From contig JAHRHZ010000058.1 of the NCBI GenBank assembly GCA_024137785.1, positions 17,500,599 through 17,564,598 on the forward strand: a stretch of DNA of 64,000 bases. Reading direction: 5' to 3'. The stretch comes from Ginglymostoma cirratum. Its lineage: Eukaryota. The notes beneath the pieces were generated by a model. That model saw only the letters and a program-made list of their open reading frames with translations. It did not search any database and was not told the DNA's origin. The translations under genes and the position numbers were made by a program. Of the stretch, positions 23,601 to 35,708 are shown in pieces; position 1 is the first letter of the stretch; each line of letters starts with the position of its first letter.

Positions 23601-24000
23601 TTAGCCCAGCTCGTCCCCGCCTCCCTAACCTGTCCTTCCTCTCACCTATCGCCTCCTCCCACCTCAAGCCACACCCCCATTTCCTACCTACTAACCTCAT
23701 CCCACCCCCTTGACCTGTCAGTCCTCCCTGAACTGACCTATCTCCTCCCTAGCCCCCTACCTACACTCACCTTTACTGGCTCCATCCCCGCCTCTTCGAC
23801 TTGTTTGTCTCCTCTCCACCTATCCTCTCCTCTATCCATCCTCTATCCGCCTCCCCCTCTCTCCCTATTTATTTATTTCAGAACACCCTTCCCCTCCCCC
23901 ATTTCTGATGAAGGGTCTAGGCTTGAAACGTAAAGCTTTCCTGCTCCTCTGATGCTGCTTGGCCTGCTGTGTTCATCCAGCTCTACACCTTGTTATCTCT
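23601..24000 (+). mobile_element. Penelope-like 3' end (pyrimidine-rich tract + pLTR with hammerhead core)
   Basis: CTGATGAAGGGTCTAGGCTTGAAACGTA at 23905-23932, followed by the same pLTR sequence as the fold-back elements. Confidence 0.8.
23905..23932 (+). ncRNA. Putative minimal type I hammerhead ribozyme core (Penelope type)
   Basis: CUGAUGA box, short stem II, GAAAC then GUA; activity unverified. Confidence 0.5.
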
Positions 24001-24634
24001 TACCTATGTCTCATATCTGCTGCTGAAAAATGAATGCTGAGCTGTAAGGCTGCAATGATGTTTCCGACAATGAAGCTTATGACTATTATACACCAATTCC
24101 ACACAAATGGGAACACTTATGAGCAGATTATGAAAACCAGAGAAGGCCACTGTCACATTTTTTCCAAAGGAAAATATTCTGAGGATATTTCAGCCTGTTT
24201 CAAACAAAAGTTTCCTGGTTCCAATTGTTACAGGCTTTGTGTTGAAAATAAATTGCCCAGTTTACACTTTGGAATTCTCTAACCCAGAGACTTCAAATGC
24301 TGATTTAATGAGTTTTTTTCAACACTGAGACTGATGGAGTTTTACTGACTTAAGGAATGGAAAGCATAGGGGATAGTAGGGATAAATGAAGTTGATGTAG
24401 AAGTTTGACCATGCTGTTTGTTCCTGGTGCTATTTCTTATGTCCTTATATTTGTAGAAGTTCAGTCCTGATGAAAGTGTATATGCAAAATTCAAATGCAG
24501 GTAACAAATATTTTTTGAATGAGTTGTACAGTTATGTAGATTATAATTTTAAAGGTGTTTTGCTATTACATGCATTGACAATAAATATTTGTACATTATA
24601 TAGTTAATTTTTTGAAATAATATTTTTATTGTAG

Positions 24635-24804
24635 GTGGCTAAAGGATGGACAACCTATTAAAACCATGGCTGGTGTTCAAATTTTAGATAATGGCCAGAA
24701 GTTAATCATCTCTCAAGCTCAAGTCTCTGACACAGGCAGATACCAATGTGTAGCTACAAATGAAGCAGGCAGCCAACAGCGGGAATTCAATGTCATAGTT
24801 CAGG
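24635..24804 (+). CDS. HMCN1: HMCN1 exon 8, C-part of Ig 5: WLKDGQPIKTMAGVQILDNGQKLIISQAQVSDTGRYQCVATNEAGSQQREFNVIVQ
   Basis: TAG acceptor, GTAACT donor; phase 2->1. Confidence 0.93.
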
Positions 24805-25409
24805 GTAACTTGCAAATCCAGATCAGATTGTTAAAATGTTTTTGTTTTGGTTTTCTTTACTTTAATTTTAGTTTACTTTATACTCAGTTTAATGCTTAAT
24901 GGATAGAACTGAGCTGGTGGGTGATTGGAGATTTCTCCTTGGCCTCTGATAGTGTTGCAATTTATTCAATTAATGATATGAAGGAACTAAGCTAAGATGC
25001 AACATGAGGTAGAAACTGTACAAATTCTTCCTTCCTTTTCAAGGACTAACTACCCAACTTCCGTTGGGTGTACAACAAATGACCCAGCCACAGTGCACAA
25101 TCTGTTTTCTGTATAATTCTGAGTCTACATTTTGTGAACTATATCTTCTTTAATAAAGTTAAATCAGAAGCCTTTTTTTATAAATTCCTAATGTTTATCA
25201 GTTGGCATTCTTTCCAAATAATTAATCTCCAAAGATTTTTTTTTTCACCCCATGCCTTTTATTTTCTGTGACTGTTCATGTGGCATGACCAAGTCTTCTT
25301 CCTGAGAATTAATTGTACTGAGTCAGTTAGTTTTCGGCCAGATTTTTGCAGCCAGAAGTTCATTTATGTTTCAATGAAAACTGAACTGCTTTTTTTCACA
25401 TCAATGCAG

Positions 25410-25564
25410 TTTCACCAACAATTAGATCAACAGGACTTTCTGAACGCACAGTAGTTGTCCATAAAACTGTAAACTTGCAATGTGTAGCCAATGGCATTCC
25501 ACATCCTGCCATCACCTGGCTCAAAGATGGACGTCCAATAAACACAGCAGGAGGAAGCATTAAG
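25410..25564 (+). CDS. HMCN1: HMCN1 exon 9, N-half of Ig 6: VSPTIRSTGLSERTVVVHKTVNLQCVANGIPHPAITWLKDGRPINTAGGSIK
   Basis: CAG acceptor, GTATGT donor; phase 1->0. Confidence 0.92.
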
Positions 25565-25949
25565 GTATGTTCACTGAAGTACGTGAGACACTTTAAATAC
25601 ATTAAAGTATTTTAAATATTTTCTAGAATCATGTCTGAGGAATGCTCAGGTGGCAAGGAATTAGAAGTTCCAACTGTACCCTAGTGGAGGGAGAACAAAA
25701 CATTGTTGCAAGTTTTAGAATAAAAAAATTTTTGCTTTTGTGAATATTTCACCTTGAATGCAGCATTTCCAACAGAACAACACTTCCTCAATATTGCAGT
25801 CAAGATGTCGGCTGATGCTAATGTCTCTAGATGGGTGTGAACTTAACATCATCCCTACCTGTCCCTTCCTGCAACCTCCTCAACGATCAGACCCTACCTA
25901 CTCCTGCTCTGACCAACCAGGTTACAAAATAACCCCTAACTAAGCCCCC

Positions 25950-25993
25950 CAAGCTACGCGTGGTCATTCAGATGAATGGAAGGCCTCAGTTAA
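25950..25993 (+). repeat. 44-bp exact direct repeat, copy 1
   Basis: caagctacgcgtggtcattcagatgaatggaaggcctcagttaa, identical to 26734-26777. Confidence 0.95.
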
Positions 25994-26427
25994 TTGGCTG
26001 CTTGAGGCAGGGGTGGGCAGTCAATTCTATTTCCAACCAGCTCCTGGGAAAACACAACAACAGCAGGAATGCCTTGGAAATCCATCTTAAATGGCATCCC
26101 CCCTCCAACACAATTTTCCTGATAACACACCTATCAAGCTAGTCACCACAAATCCAGGAAAAATTAGCCTGTTTATTCCATCATCTGTAGTATTTTGCTA
26201 CCAAATTTTAGATCAGTTTCTGTTAGCTTCAGTAAAACTACTGGAAAACCCACAATTTTGGATTTCCCGGCTGCTATATCTTCATTGTTCCTTCTCTCTC
26301 TCCTTGTCAATTTCAGTTCTAGTTTGTATTTGTTAATAGGATACCCGATTTATCTCAAAGCAGTGAAATATTTACATTAGTTCCAAATCAAACAAAAATG
26401 AATTTGCAATACTTTAAAATACCTCAG

Positions 26428-26640
26428 AAGTGTGGAGTTTGCACATTCTCCCCGTGTTTGCGTGGGTTTCCTCCAGGTGCTCCGGTTTCCTCCCACAGTC
26501 CAAAGATGTGCAGGCTGGGTGGATTGGCCATGCTAAATTGCCCATAGTGTCTAGGGGTGTGTGGGTCTGGGTGGGATGCTCCAAGGGTCGGTGTGGACTT
26601 GTTGGGCCAAAGGGCCTGTTTCCACACTGTAGGGATTCTA
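26428..26640 (+). mobile_element. HE1-type V-SINE, 5'-truncated
   Basis: V-domain and tail homologous to 2569-2891. Confidence 0.85.
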
Positions 26641-26733
26641 ACGAAAAATTCTAATAAAGTCTCACTTTTTTCTACACACATCATCTCAGCTTGAGTGTCT
26701 GGTCTTTTCTGGAACCTTTATTTTCTCAGCTGT

Positions 26734-26777
26734 CAAGCTACGCGTGGTCATTCAGATGAATGGAAGGCCTCAGTTAA
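26734..26777 (+). repeat. 44-bp exact direct repeat, copy 2
   Basis: identical to 25950-25993. Confidence 0.95.
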
Positions 26778-27828
26778 CTGAAAAATAATTAATCGTTTTC
26801 ATTTTTTTTCTCAACAATCTCCGCCCTGAAATGATCACAAGACAAATGTGTAATAAACATTAGGAACATTTTTAACCTATTCTAGATCATCCTTTCAATC
26901 TTCCTTCAGTTATTCTAGCCAAAATGTGTTCCTTTTGTTGACTACTTTATTCTTGTATAGCATTCTGACAACAGTCACCAGATTTTATCTATCCCAATGT
27001 TCCTTTATGTAGCAAATTAACCTTCTGGAATTAACTTTCTATACTTTATTCCATTTTAACCAGCCTTTAAACCATCCTTTCTTCTTCAAATGTAAAGAAG
27101 CCAATTGGGGAGCAATTTTAACCTAACCCATAAGTGGGAGCACTGGCTGGACTGAGTGCAGTACAGGTTTTGCACTGGTCTTACTTTTGTTGAAGTCAGT
27201 TGAGAGTAATGATGGGTGGGGTTCCACCCCATTCCATGTTCTTCCAAGTTGAAAAGACCTTTCAATCTCCTCTGTGTACTCCTGTAGAACTTACAGATTT
27301 AGGATTCATCCAATTCACCTGCAAGAAATCACCTGTTTTCCATCGGGTTTTATACTTCATTAAAATCAAAAGTTTTCGCTTTGTTGAACTCAGTGGAGAC
27401 TCAAACTTTCAGTGTGGTAAAGCCAAACCTATTAGGTCCCATCAGCTGAGGTGGACCAAAATCACCCCATACTTTTAGCCATTCCTGCTTTTGATTTAAT
27501 ACTTTTTTGCTTTGTTGCTCTCTGGGTGAAAGTTCCCTTAAAATTCAAAATGGGCATTAAAACACTTAATCATTATCTTTTCCTTACAAAATTTCAAGCA
27601 TCATGCCTTCCAATGCTTTGCAGTTCAAGCTGGGAGTGAATTATCTTCTGTTTCCATAACTGAGGCAAGATGGTTTAATTTTGGGTGACTTGATCTGAGG
27701 GAAGGGCTAAAATGTGGAAGTAGTTTAAAACCAGGGATTTTTAAAATATATAAATGTTCATTATAAATAAAACCTGCAGTACCTGTAACTTGTTCATAAT
27801 GTTCTAGCATATCACTGTATCTTTGTAG

Positions 27829-27952
27829 CTGGAGTCTGCAGGTCGCGTGCTGCAGATTGTGAATGCCTTGCTAGAAGATGCTGGCCAGTATTCCTGTGTA
27901 GCAACTAATTCAGCTGGAGAAGCACAGCAGCACATCAGACTCTACGTACATG
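27829..27952 (+). CDS. HMCN1: HMCN1 exon 10, C-half of Ig 6: LESAGRVLQIVNALLEDAGQYSCVATNSAGEAQQHIRLYVH
   Basis: TAG acceptor, GTAGGT donor; phase 0->1. Confidence 0.92.
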
Positions 27953-28289
27953 GTAGGTCCTTATCTTCTAAAAAAAAAATCAAGAAATTTATTTGTATAA
28001 ATATAATTTTAATTATCCTGTACTATCTGCATAAACAGTGCTCCAATATAATGCTGCCTTCTAATTAGAATGATTTCTGTGTGCAATTCGGAACTGACCA
28101 GGTCCTAAAATCCATAGGGGGTGCAAAGTCCTAACAACTTTGGATTAATTTTAGCTAGTTCGCACTGTATTAAAGCTAGCATCTCTTAAGAAGGCATATG
28201 CAGATACCTGAATAATACAGGAAGTACGTCAGTCCTGGGAAAAATTGAGGAATGGTATAAAATGAGAGACATGGTTACACAGTTTTCCA

Positions 28290-28525
28290 ACACTCCACTG
28301 GAGGTGTCCTGTACCTATCTGTAATCTCCTATAGCTCTATAAGATCTCTACTCCTCCAAGTCTGGCTTCTTGTGCATTCTCAGTTTTAATCACTGGCAGT
28401 TTGGGTGCCAAGCCTCTCCAGTTGTCTGTTCTTCTTCAAGGAGCTCAGTGTTTAATTCTATTCCTGTGAAGAATCTTGAAAGAATTTACTGCATTGAAGT
28501 CTGTTTGTAAATGCAAGTTGTTATG
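28290..28525 (+). mobile_element. Old L2-like LINE 3' end
   Basis: tail gtgaagaatcttg...tgtaaatgcaagttgtt; related reverse copies at ~42860-43170 and ~48160-48280. Confidence 0.45.
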
Positions 28526-29205
28526 TGATGGAATTTGAAGTACAGTCAAAGGTAAGTTAAATTTTGTTACAAACATGTTTCATTTTACAAAACTTCAGCA
28601 TGTAACGGAATAGTCGGTATTAGAAGTGTGTCTAATGGAATTTAACCATATTTATCAAGGATCACAGTTTATTTACTGACATATGGCCTTGAGCAGCATA
28701 TTTTATTATTCTTATTTAATTCTTGGAACATTTTGTAATTTTTGACAATTACACCCAGGAAAAACATTGGTCATTTAAGTTTGAGTAACATTCTTAAAAT
28801 AAAGGCCAACTCCAGAGGAATTAATTTTATTTCAAAACCCAGCAGCTGTATAAAAGCTTGACAGAGTAGTTTGTAGAAAGTTGCTACTCATGTGTCCCTT
28901 CAACTAAGACGTTTAATTCAGTTTAAACCTGGAGAATGAATAAGGTAAATTGGAGTCCAATCAAATGGCAGACTCAGTTGGTCGAGAAGAGGAGATAGAG
29001 AAGATAGTGGGAGTAGGAGGTCATCTGCAAACTACCTGTCCAGGAGGATGTGGACAAAGGTTTACTTGGATTACTTACAATGGATTACTTGGAACGACTT
29101 GTTGAAAGGGAGGCAAGAACATTTACAATGTCTGGTCCTTAAGTCTGAAAGACCATTTAAACTTTGTACTCTTCCAATTATAAAATGGACAAAGATCAAA
29201 TATAG

Positions 29206-29410
29206 AGTGGAGCTGGAGCAACACAGCAGGCCAGGCAGCATCAAAGGAGCAGGAACGCTGACGCTTAGAGTTGAGACCCTTCTTCTGAAGAAGGGTACCG
29301 ACCCAAAACGTCAGCTTTCCTGCTCCTCTGATGCTGCCTGGCCTGCTATGTTGCTCCAGTTCCACACTGTGTTATCTCAGACTCCAACATCGGCAGTTAT
29401 CACCATCTCG
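29206..29410. mobile_element. Fold-back Penelope-pLTR/hammerhead mini-element (copy 3)
   Basis: Exact 14-bp TSD aagatcaaatatag (29192-29205 / 29411-29424); perfect central palindrome ACCCTTCTTC-T-GAAGAAGGGT (29276-29296). Confidence 0.9.
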
Positions 29411-29469
29411 AAGATCAAATATAGTTCGCTCTCAGTTATGAGCTCTCAAGACATCAATCTTACATGAAC

Positions 29470-32400
29470 GTGATATTACTGAAACTGGCTGCAAGGTGGA
29501 TGTTCCCAGTCAGTGCTTCATTGTAAAGCTTACGTGACTATGGCAAATCACCAGACATGTTGGTACAGTATTGCATTTTATCCCAAATATTCCCCTTTGT
29601 ACTAAAAACTAAGAAAAATTGTATGCATTAGCACTTACATTTTCAATTAATCAAGTTACATGGTGTGTATACAGTTGTTCTCATGCATTAGCATTTAAAT
29701 TGTATTGATTTCTTATGGGTGTGTGTGTTCACATTATTGTTAGTTCTTCATCTGACTGATGTTCCTTCCCCGGGGAGTGTTGTTCTTGTGTTATTTGTTG
29801 TGACCTGTTGTTTTTCCATTTCCTTCATTAAAATGCTGTGGACCACTGGGATTGATGGTGTATTTGCCTCTTCCTGATCAGTGCCCCCTGCAGTTGAGGA
29901 ACAGCTTCTCTTGTGTGCGACTGTGGTTGTGACCATATGTTATTCACTTCCACCACACATAATTGAGGTTGCATCTGTTGTAGGGAGGTCCCAAATGTTG
30001 CAATTTGATGCTCTCAACAAGAGTCATCCTAAGTTTTGCACCCTGACTGGCTCTCCAATGATGAATTCTGGCAGTGGCACGGTAGTGCTATGGAAAGGAA
30101 ATCGGCCTTCTGCCATTTCACCTTGATTCTGTCACTCATTCCTATACTTGGGAATGATGTCAGTCGTTGTATTGGGCTCCTTTCCATGCCTTCAGCATGT
30201 ACTTCTCCATTCCAGGATTACATTGCATACATCTGTGCTGTGCTGGGTTTGTTTTTTTTTTATTATTCATTTGGCAATTTTCAGTCACCTCAGCCTTTCC
30301 ATTTGACTGGGAATAGGGTGGAGATGATGTATGGTATTGAATTTCCCAATCTATTATGAAGTGCCTGAATTCTTCACTTGTGAACTGAGGGCCATTTTCA
30401 TTCATCACAATGTTGGGAATTCCGTAATGGCTGAAGTGTGCTTTCATCATTCTACAGTCTCACTGGTAGTGATTGAAGTCAACTGTCCTATCTTTCAGTA
30501 GTCAGAATTGTAGTAGTCAGTGACAAGATAATCAGTTCCTGTGGGAGTGAAGAGGTCCACTCCTAGCTACATCCTGTCTGTCTGGATGTTATGTGTCATC
30601 AACGGTTCTGTAACTTGCTTAGCTTGGTACTCATTACAAGCATTGCATTGGATGATGTGGTCCTTGATCTCATTACTTATGTTTGGCCGATAGATCCCAT
30701 TTCCTTCCTATTCAGACTTGACTCAATTCCTTGGTGGCTTGCGTGGGTGTACTTTAGCACCACTCCTCTCAACTACTTGAGGATAATGACTCTATTCCCT
30801 TTGTACAATATGCTTGTCTTGGGCTGTCAGTTCATCTCTACATGTTCAATATTCTCTTTTAGCAATAATTGTGTCCTTGATGGTTTCAGGTCATCATTTC
30901 ATCACTACTTCTTGCAACACTTGGATCATTGGATGTTGTTAGGTGGTTTGCTCGATTTGAGCAAGTTACCTGTCTGTTAGATTTTCAGTGTCTCTGCTGG
31001 GTTGATTAAATCTCAAACACGTTGAGTTGCTGCTTCTCATTGGAAGAAGGAAATTTCAAACATTATTATAGCATCTTCATTTTCTTCAGCAACCACTACT
31101 ATTGACAACATGTCAACAAAGTACATCTGTTTCCCTTGCTTGTATTGCATGTCCAGATGGTACCTCTGTAATTGGAGCAACATTCTTTCCATGCACTTGG
31201 AGCAATTAGTACTGGCTTGAGGGAATGACTTTGAAGATCTTCCAGTTGGTCTTGACTGTAACGTTAATAAGAACTTAAACAGGAGCAGGAGTAGGCCATC
31301 TGGCCCCTGGAGCCTGCTCTGCCATTCAATAAGATCATGGCTGATCTTTTTGTGGACTCAGCTCTGCTTCCGTGCTTTATCTCTTTCAGGTAGATATTGA
31401 TGAAAATGTTCACAGGCAAAGACAATGGAATTGCACAGTTTCTCAATGTGAACACGTATTATTTGTATTAACACCCGAGATGCAAATACAACCAGTTGTT
31501 CTTGTTGCGTTAAGGTTCCTCCAAGTCCTGTCTTGCTGATGACACACTGCAAGGTGACTTTCATTTCAGTGCTAGTGCAACCTTCACAAGTTGCTTGATT
31601 TTAATGAATGCTGCTTCTTGTGTTGTGCCCTAATCCTATTATAGGTCCTTGTCAGTGAGTTGACATAATAGTTCACTCTCCAAAGACAAATTGCCCAAGA
31701 ATTCTTCTAAGTAGTTGATGAATCCATTTATATCTGTTAGCTACAACTCTAACCTTTTTGGAATTTGGGACCAGACATCTTCAAATGCAGTTTTTCCATG
31801 TTCACCTTCAGGTGAGCTCTGTCTAACAGTCGCACTAGATTGTGATTGTAGTTGGCAGTAGCTTCTTCCATTGTGTCTCCACGTCCATAGACAAGAATAT
31901 CACCCACTATACTTTCTACTCCAGGAAGATTACTATTTATCTCTTGGTGACTGCATTCGTTTTCCTCTGGTGTCTTGGAAATATCAAACAACATGCGTAA
32001 CTATCTTCACCTCCTGAAAAGCATCTAGAATGCTTTCATCCAATAACCATCTTTCACATCAAATGCAAGTTGTGGCAAAATTTCTTTGATGTTTGGCAAG
32101 CAAATAATGAGATCTCTTTAGTGCTTTATTTGGATCCTTTGGACTGATGCGAAATCTCAGTTTTCCGGGTTGTTTCACAGCTACCATGCTGCTAACCCAT
32201 TCTGTTGGACACATCACTTTCTTCATTACTCCCTTCTCTTCTACCTCATCTTCTCGGCTGGCCTTGTGGGAAACTAGACTTCCCTTGCCATATCCTAAAA
32301 TCCTAAACCTGTAAATACATCAGGCTGAATTTTACAGTTCTATAACCAAGTGCAAGTTGCATTGAGCTTGTTAAAGGGATTCTGACCACAAGGCTGAGTA

Positions 32401-34675
32401 AGTTTCCATACCAAATCTTACCAAATTTGCCACTCCCACCCCATGGCTTGTATCACATCCAATTTATTTCCGATCTGTTCCCTGAACAACTTGCCACCAA
32501 TGGACTATTTGCCCCAAGACCAACATCCCTTGCATCAGTGCCATCTTTGAAAGCCCACTGCATGCCTGGAGGAGTGCTGGCAGCTGCCCTGCTTGTTATT
32601 GAGGACTGAGGAGAGACGGCTGAGAAAAGGGAATTTTTGCTGGAGCTCCTGGTGGACTGGATGGTGCATAGTTGGAACATGCTCTTCCCCAAGACCAGTA
32701 ATGGAGGCATTTATGCCAGGCAATGCTAGCTTGGTTAGAGGTCACCACCTCTAGTGATAACATTAAAGCTGTCTGAAGGAGAGAGCATTGTACAAAGGAG
32801 GTCAGTGAAATGCTCCACTCCACTAGCATAAGGACTAGATAGTGATCTTCTCTCCTTTCCCTCACACTTATGGTATCTCTGGTAAGGCAGAAAGAGTTAA
32901 CACTGATGTTGTATGGCCTGTCATTCGGCTCCTCATCTCTTAAGTGCCTGGTATAGGAGGCTGCTCTTGACTTACTGTGCCAGTATTCCATGAGAAAAGG
33001 CCATCCCCCTTGACTTAAGTGATGCCTGCTAACTTTCTGCTTTGTATCAGGGTTAAATGACATGGCAAGACAGTAGTAACATGAACCCAGTATCACTGCA
33101 TGAGGGGATAAAGCACAAAAAGGCACAACAAGGATGCTGTCACCACCAAGCTGGCTCAGCGTACGAATGCTCTGATAGTGAGAGAAGAACCTAAAGATGC
33201 AGTCTGATCTGGTCTACGAGCAGAGTCAATGTCCTGAGCGCAGTGACCCTGCAGCAGCATTCCAAATTATAGTTGCCCATGTAACCTTGAAGTACAGAAG
33301 CAATCTGTAAGTGCACTGGAAATGTACCATGAAGGTTCTTCAAGGCTAGCACATATCAGATGCCAATGTCTGCAGAGGTAGGGATGGGTACGCTAGTGCA
33401 CATGGAGTGTGCCCTGAGATTTTCGTGCTCAGTATCCAATATGGACTCATTGGAGCATGTGGCAAATTTAGCCTGCTGTGCAACCACTCTAAATTCCATA
33501 TCGGGTTTTCACAATGTCTAGAATGTTGGGAATGTGGCCAGATTGCAACAAGAATATTAATTAAACATTTTGAGCCATCATCAACAATTAATCAGTATTG
33601 ATCGGCAAAACACACTGCCGGATAAAGGATGGGATGAGATGATCTCCATTTCAAGATACACTTTCCTGGACATCTCACCCAATTTTGCCACTTCTTTCAC
33701 CACAGACCATGTCATCCAGTCCTCTATAAGATTCTATAAGTCCATAATTTCAATTCTATAGCATCTCTTCTGCAGTCAATAGTTTAATGTGCTGTAAAAT
33801 ATTACAAATCTATTTTGACATGTTGAGCATTACCAGTTCGAGCTTTAGACTTGCTCGAACTGAGATGATTGGCTTTGCTTGATGTCTGTGATCTGGAACT
33901 TCTGGTCTTTTTTCTGACTGTTGCATTGGATTCTGATTAATCTGTCTTCTTGGTATGAGTATGGTACCATCATATAGCCTCAACCTTAATTTCGAGGGCT
34001 TCATTTTTCAGTTGCCATGTTGAGTCACTTTGCGCAAGGTCATGATGTTGCATGACACACTGGTGTCAATCTGACATTGATTTGATATTCTTCTTCTACA
34101 GTCATCATTCCAACAGTCACAAACAAGAGAGTGATTTGTCAGAATCATTGGCTAACTCTCTATAGTGGCCATCTATACATGTATTCTGTGCTTTCATCTA
34201 GCCAAACACTTGTGTGCAAAGTGATCACGCTTCTTGAAGTGAAAACACTACTTTCTGTACACTGGACTTGCCTTCTTTTCTTTTTGTTGTATCCCCAACA
34301 GTATATGATTGCCCACAATCACAGAAAAGTTTGTCGGTTCTGCTTCATATCAGCTTTCATTACAACTAGCACTGAGAGTAAAAAATAGTTGCAGCTATTG
34401 TCTTGCCAATTGTTTCAGCAGTGGCTTGCTTCTTTGTTCTTTTTCATTTCTTTCAGTTATTTGAAGCAGCTTTCATATCTCGAAACATTCTTGTGTATGC
34501 TCTACTTCTGACAACATGTTAAGAGCACTCAAGACAACATTCAGCTTTGCCCTGTGATTTTATTGAAATTGGCTGCAGGATGGATGCCCCCAGTAAACAC
34601 CATATGGTACATGTCATATCACTACAGCAAACTGGGAAGCACATTGGTACAATATTGTATTTTATCCCAAACACA
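29470..34675 (-). mobile_element. Fossil Ty3/Gypsy LTR retrotransposon with nested insertions
   Basis: Minus strand in order: gag Zn-knuckle remnant (~34200-34320), protease QIDTSVSCNIM (~34050), RT PTEWVSSMVAVKQPGKLR and IVGDILVYG, integrase YGIPNIVMNENGPQFTSEEF...SQSNGKAE; diverged direct repeats at ~29470-29590 and ~34554-34672. Confidence 0.85.
31264..31380 (-). mobile_element. Short CR1-type 3' tail nested in the Gypsy element
   Basis: ggagcaggagtaggccatctggcccctggagcctgctctgccattcaataagatcatggctgatc; similar copy at 46355. Confidence 0.7.
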
Positions 34676-34887
34676 CTCTACCCAGAGCACCACTGCATGC
34701 TTTTTAAATATATTTATGGGGTTTGAACGGTGGATGTGAGACTAGATGAAGTAATTTGAATTTTGACTATAAAAAGATTCTTACACATTCACTTGCAATT
34801 TTTAGACTGAAGCAACTTAACAATTTACAACATGTCTTGTTTTTAGTGTTTTTAGATCACCTGCAAACATGATAAAGTATACTAGCA

Positions 34888-35104
34888 GTCCAGAATTTGC
34901 TGGAGTAGGGAAAGCCACACCATGCCCCATTCATTAGATTCTTTCCTCCCTCTTCAGCTCAAAGCTGTACGCACCACAGATTGCCAGCATTTCATTGTCC
35001 TGACAGTGTATCTCTTCCTTGCCAAAAATTAGTATTCTTTTCCATTTTAATAGCAGCATCCATTAGCAGCAGGTTTGCTGTTATTTCCCCAGCAAATTCG
35101 GGGT
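34888..35104. mobile_element. Small TIR element (MITE-like)
   Basis: gtccagaatttgctgg ... ccagcaaattcgggg imperfect terminal inverted repeats. Confidence 0.45.
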
Positions 35105-35606
35105 CCATGTCTAATTCAGATCTCAAAGGATGTTCCCAACTTGGGTTATAATGCATCAAACTACATAGAATGGATGAACACTGAATAGAGGATGCAGGGA
35201 TCACTTATGGGGTGTCCAGCATCACTGAACCCCAGAAAGTATCCAAGAAGACTGTGAGTTTTTATATAATCCCATTAAAAAGAAAATTAGCTGTGAAAAA
35301 CATTAGATTTGAGAAGTCTTTGCAAGGAAAAATACCAGATAATTTAATATCTTCATGTAAAATTTCATAGGAACCACAGCACGGAATTAGGTCATTCCTA
35401 ATCCAGATCTGGTCCAGTTTGGTGTTTATACTCCACACTAGCTTCTTCTCACTATAGTACTCCTTCTCTCATTATTGCTCTGTTCTCTTCTTGTTCAACT
35501 GTGCATCAAGCCTCCCTTTAACTGCATCAATGCTTCAACAATCTCATGTGGCAGCGAGGTCTTCTGAACCATTATTCATGAGAATCTACTTTATTTATGT
35601 TTGTAG

Positions 35607-35708
35607 AACCACCGAGCATTGAAGATGGAGGCCTAACTCTAAATGAAACAGTGATTGTTAGGAATCCAGTAGAATTGAAATGCAAAGCATCAGGGAATCC
35701 AATACCAG
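35607..35708 (+). CDS. HMCN1: HMCN1 exon 11, N-part of Ig 7: EPPSIEDGGLTLNETVIVRNPVELKCKASGNPIP
   Basis: TAG acceptor, GTAGGC donor; phase 1->1; missed by ORF track. Confidence 0.92.

Noticed and set aside
27105-27470. Possible TIR element (ggggagcaatttt ... aaaatcacccc); similar hints near 7505-7990 and 36185-36780
   Set aside because: Termini too degenerate to support without a consensus
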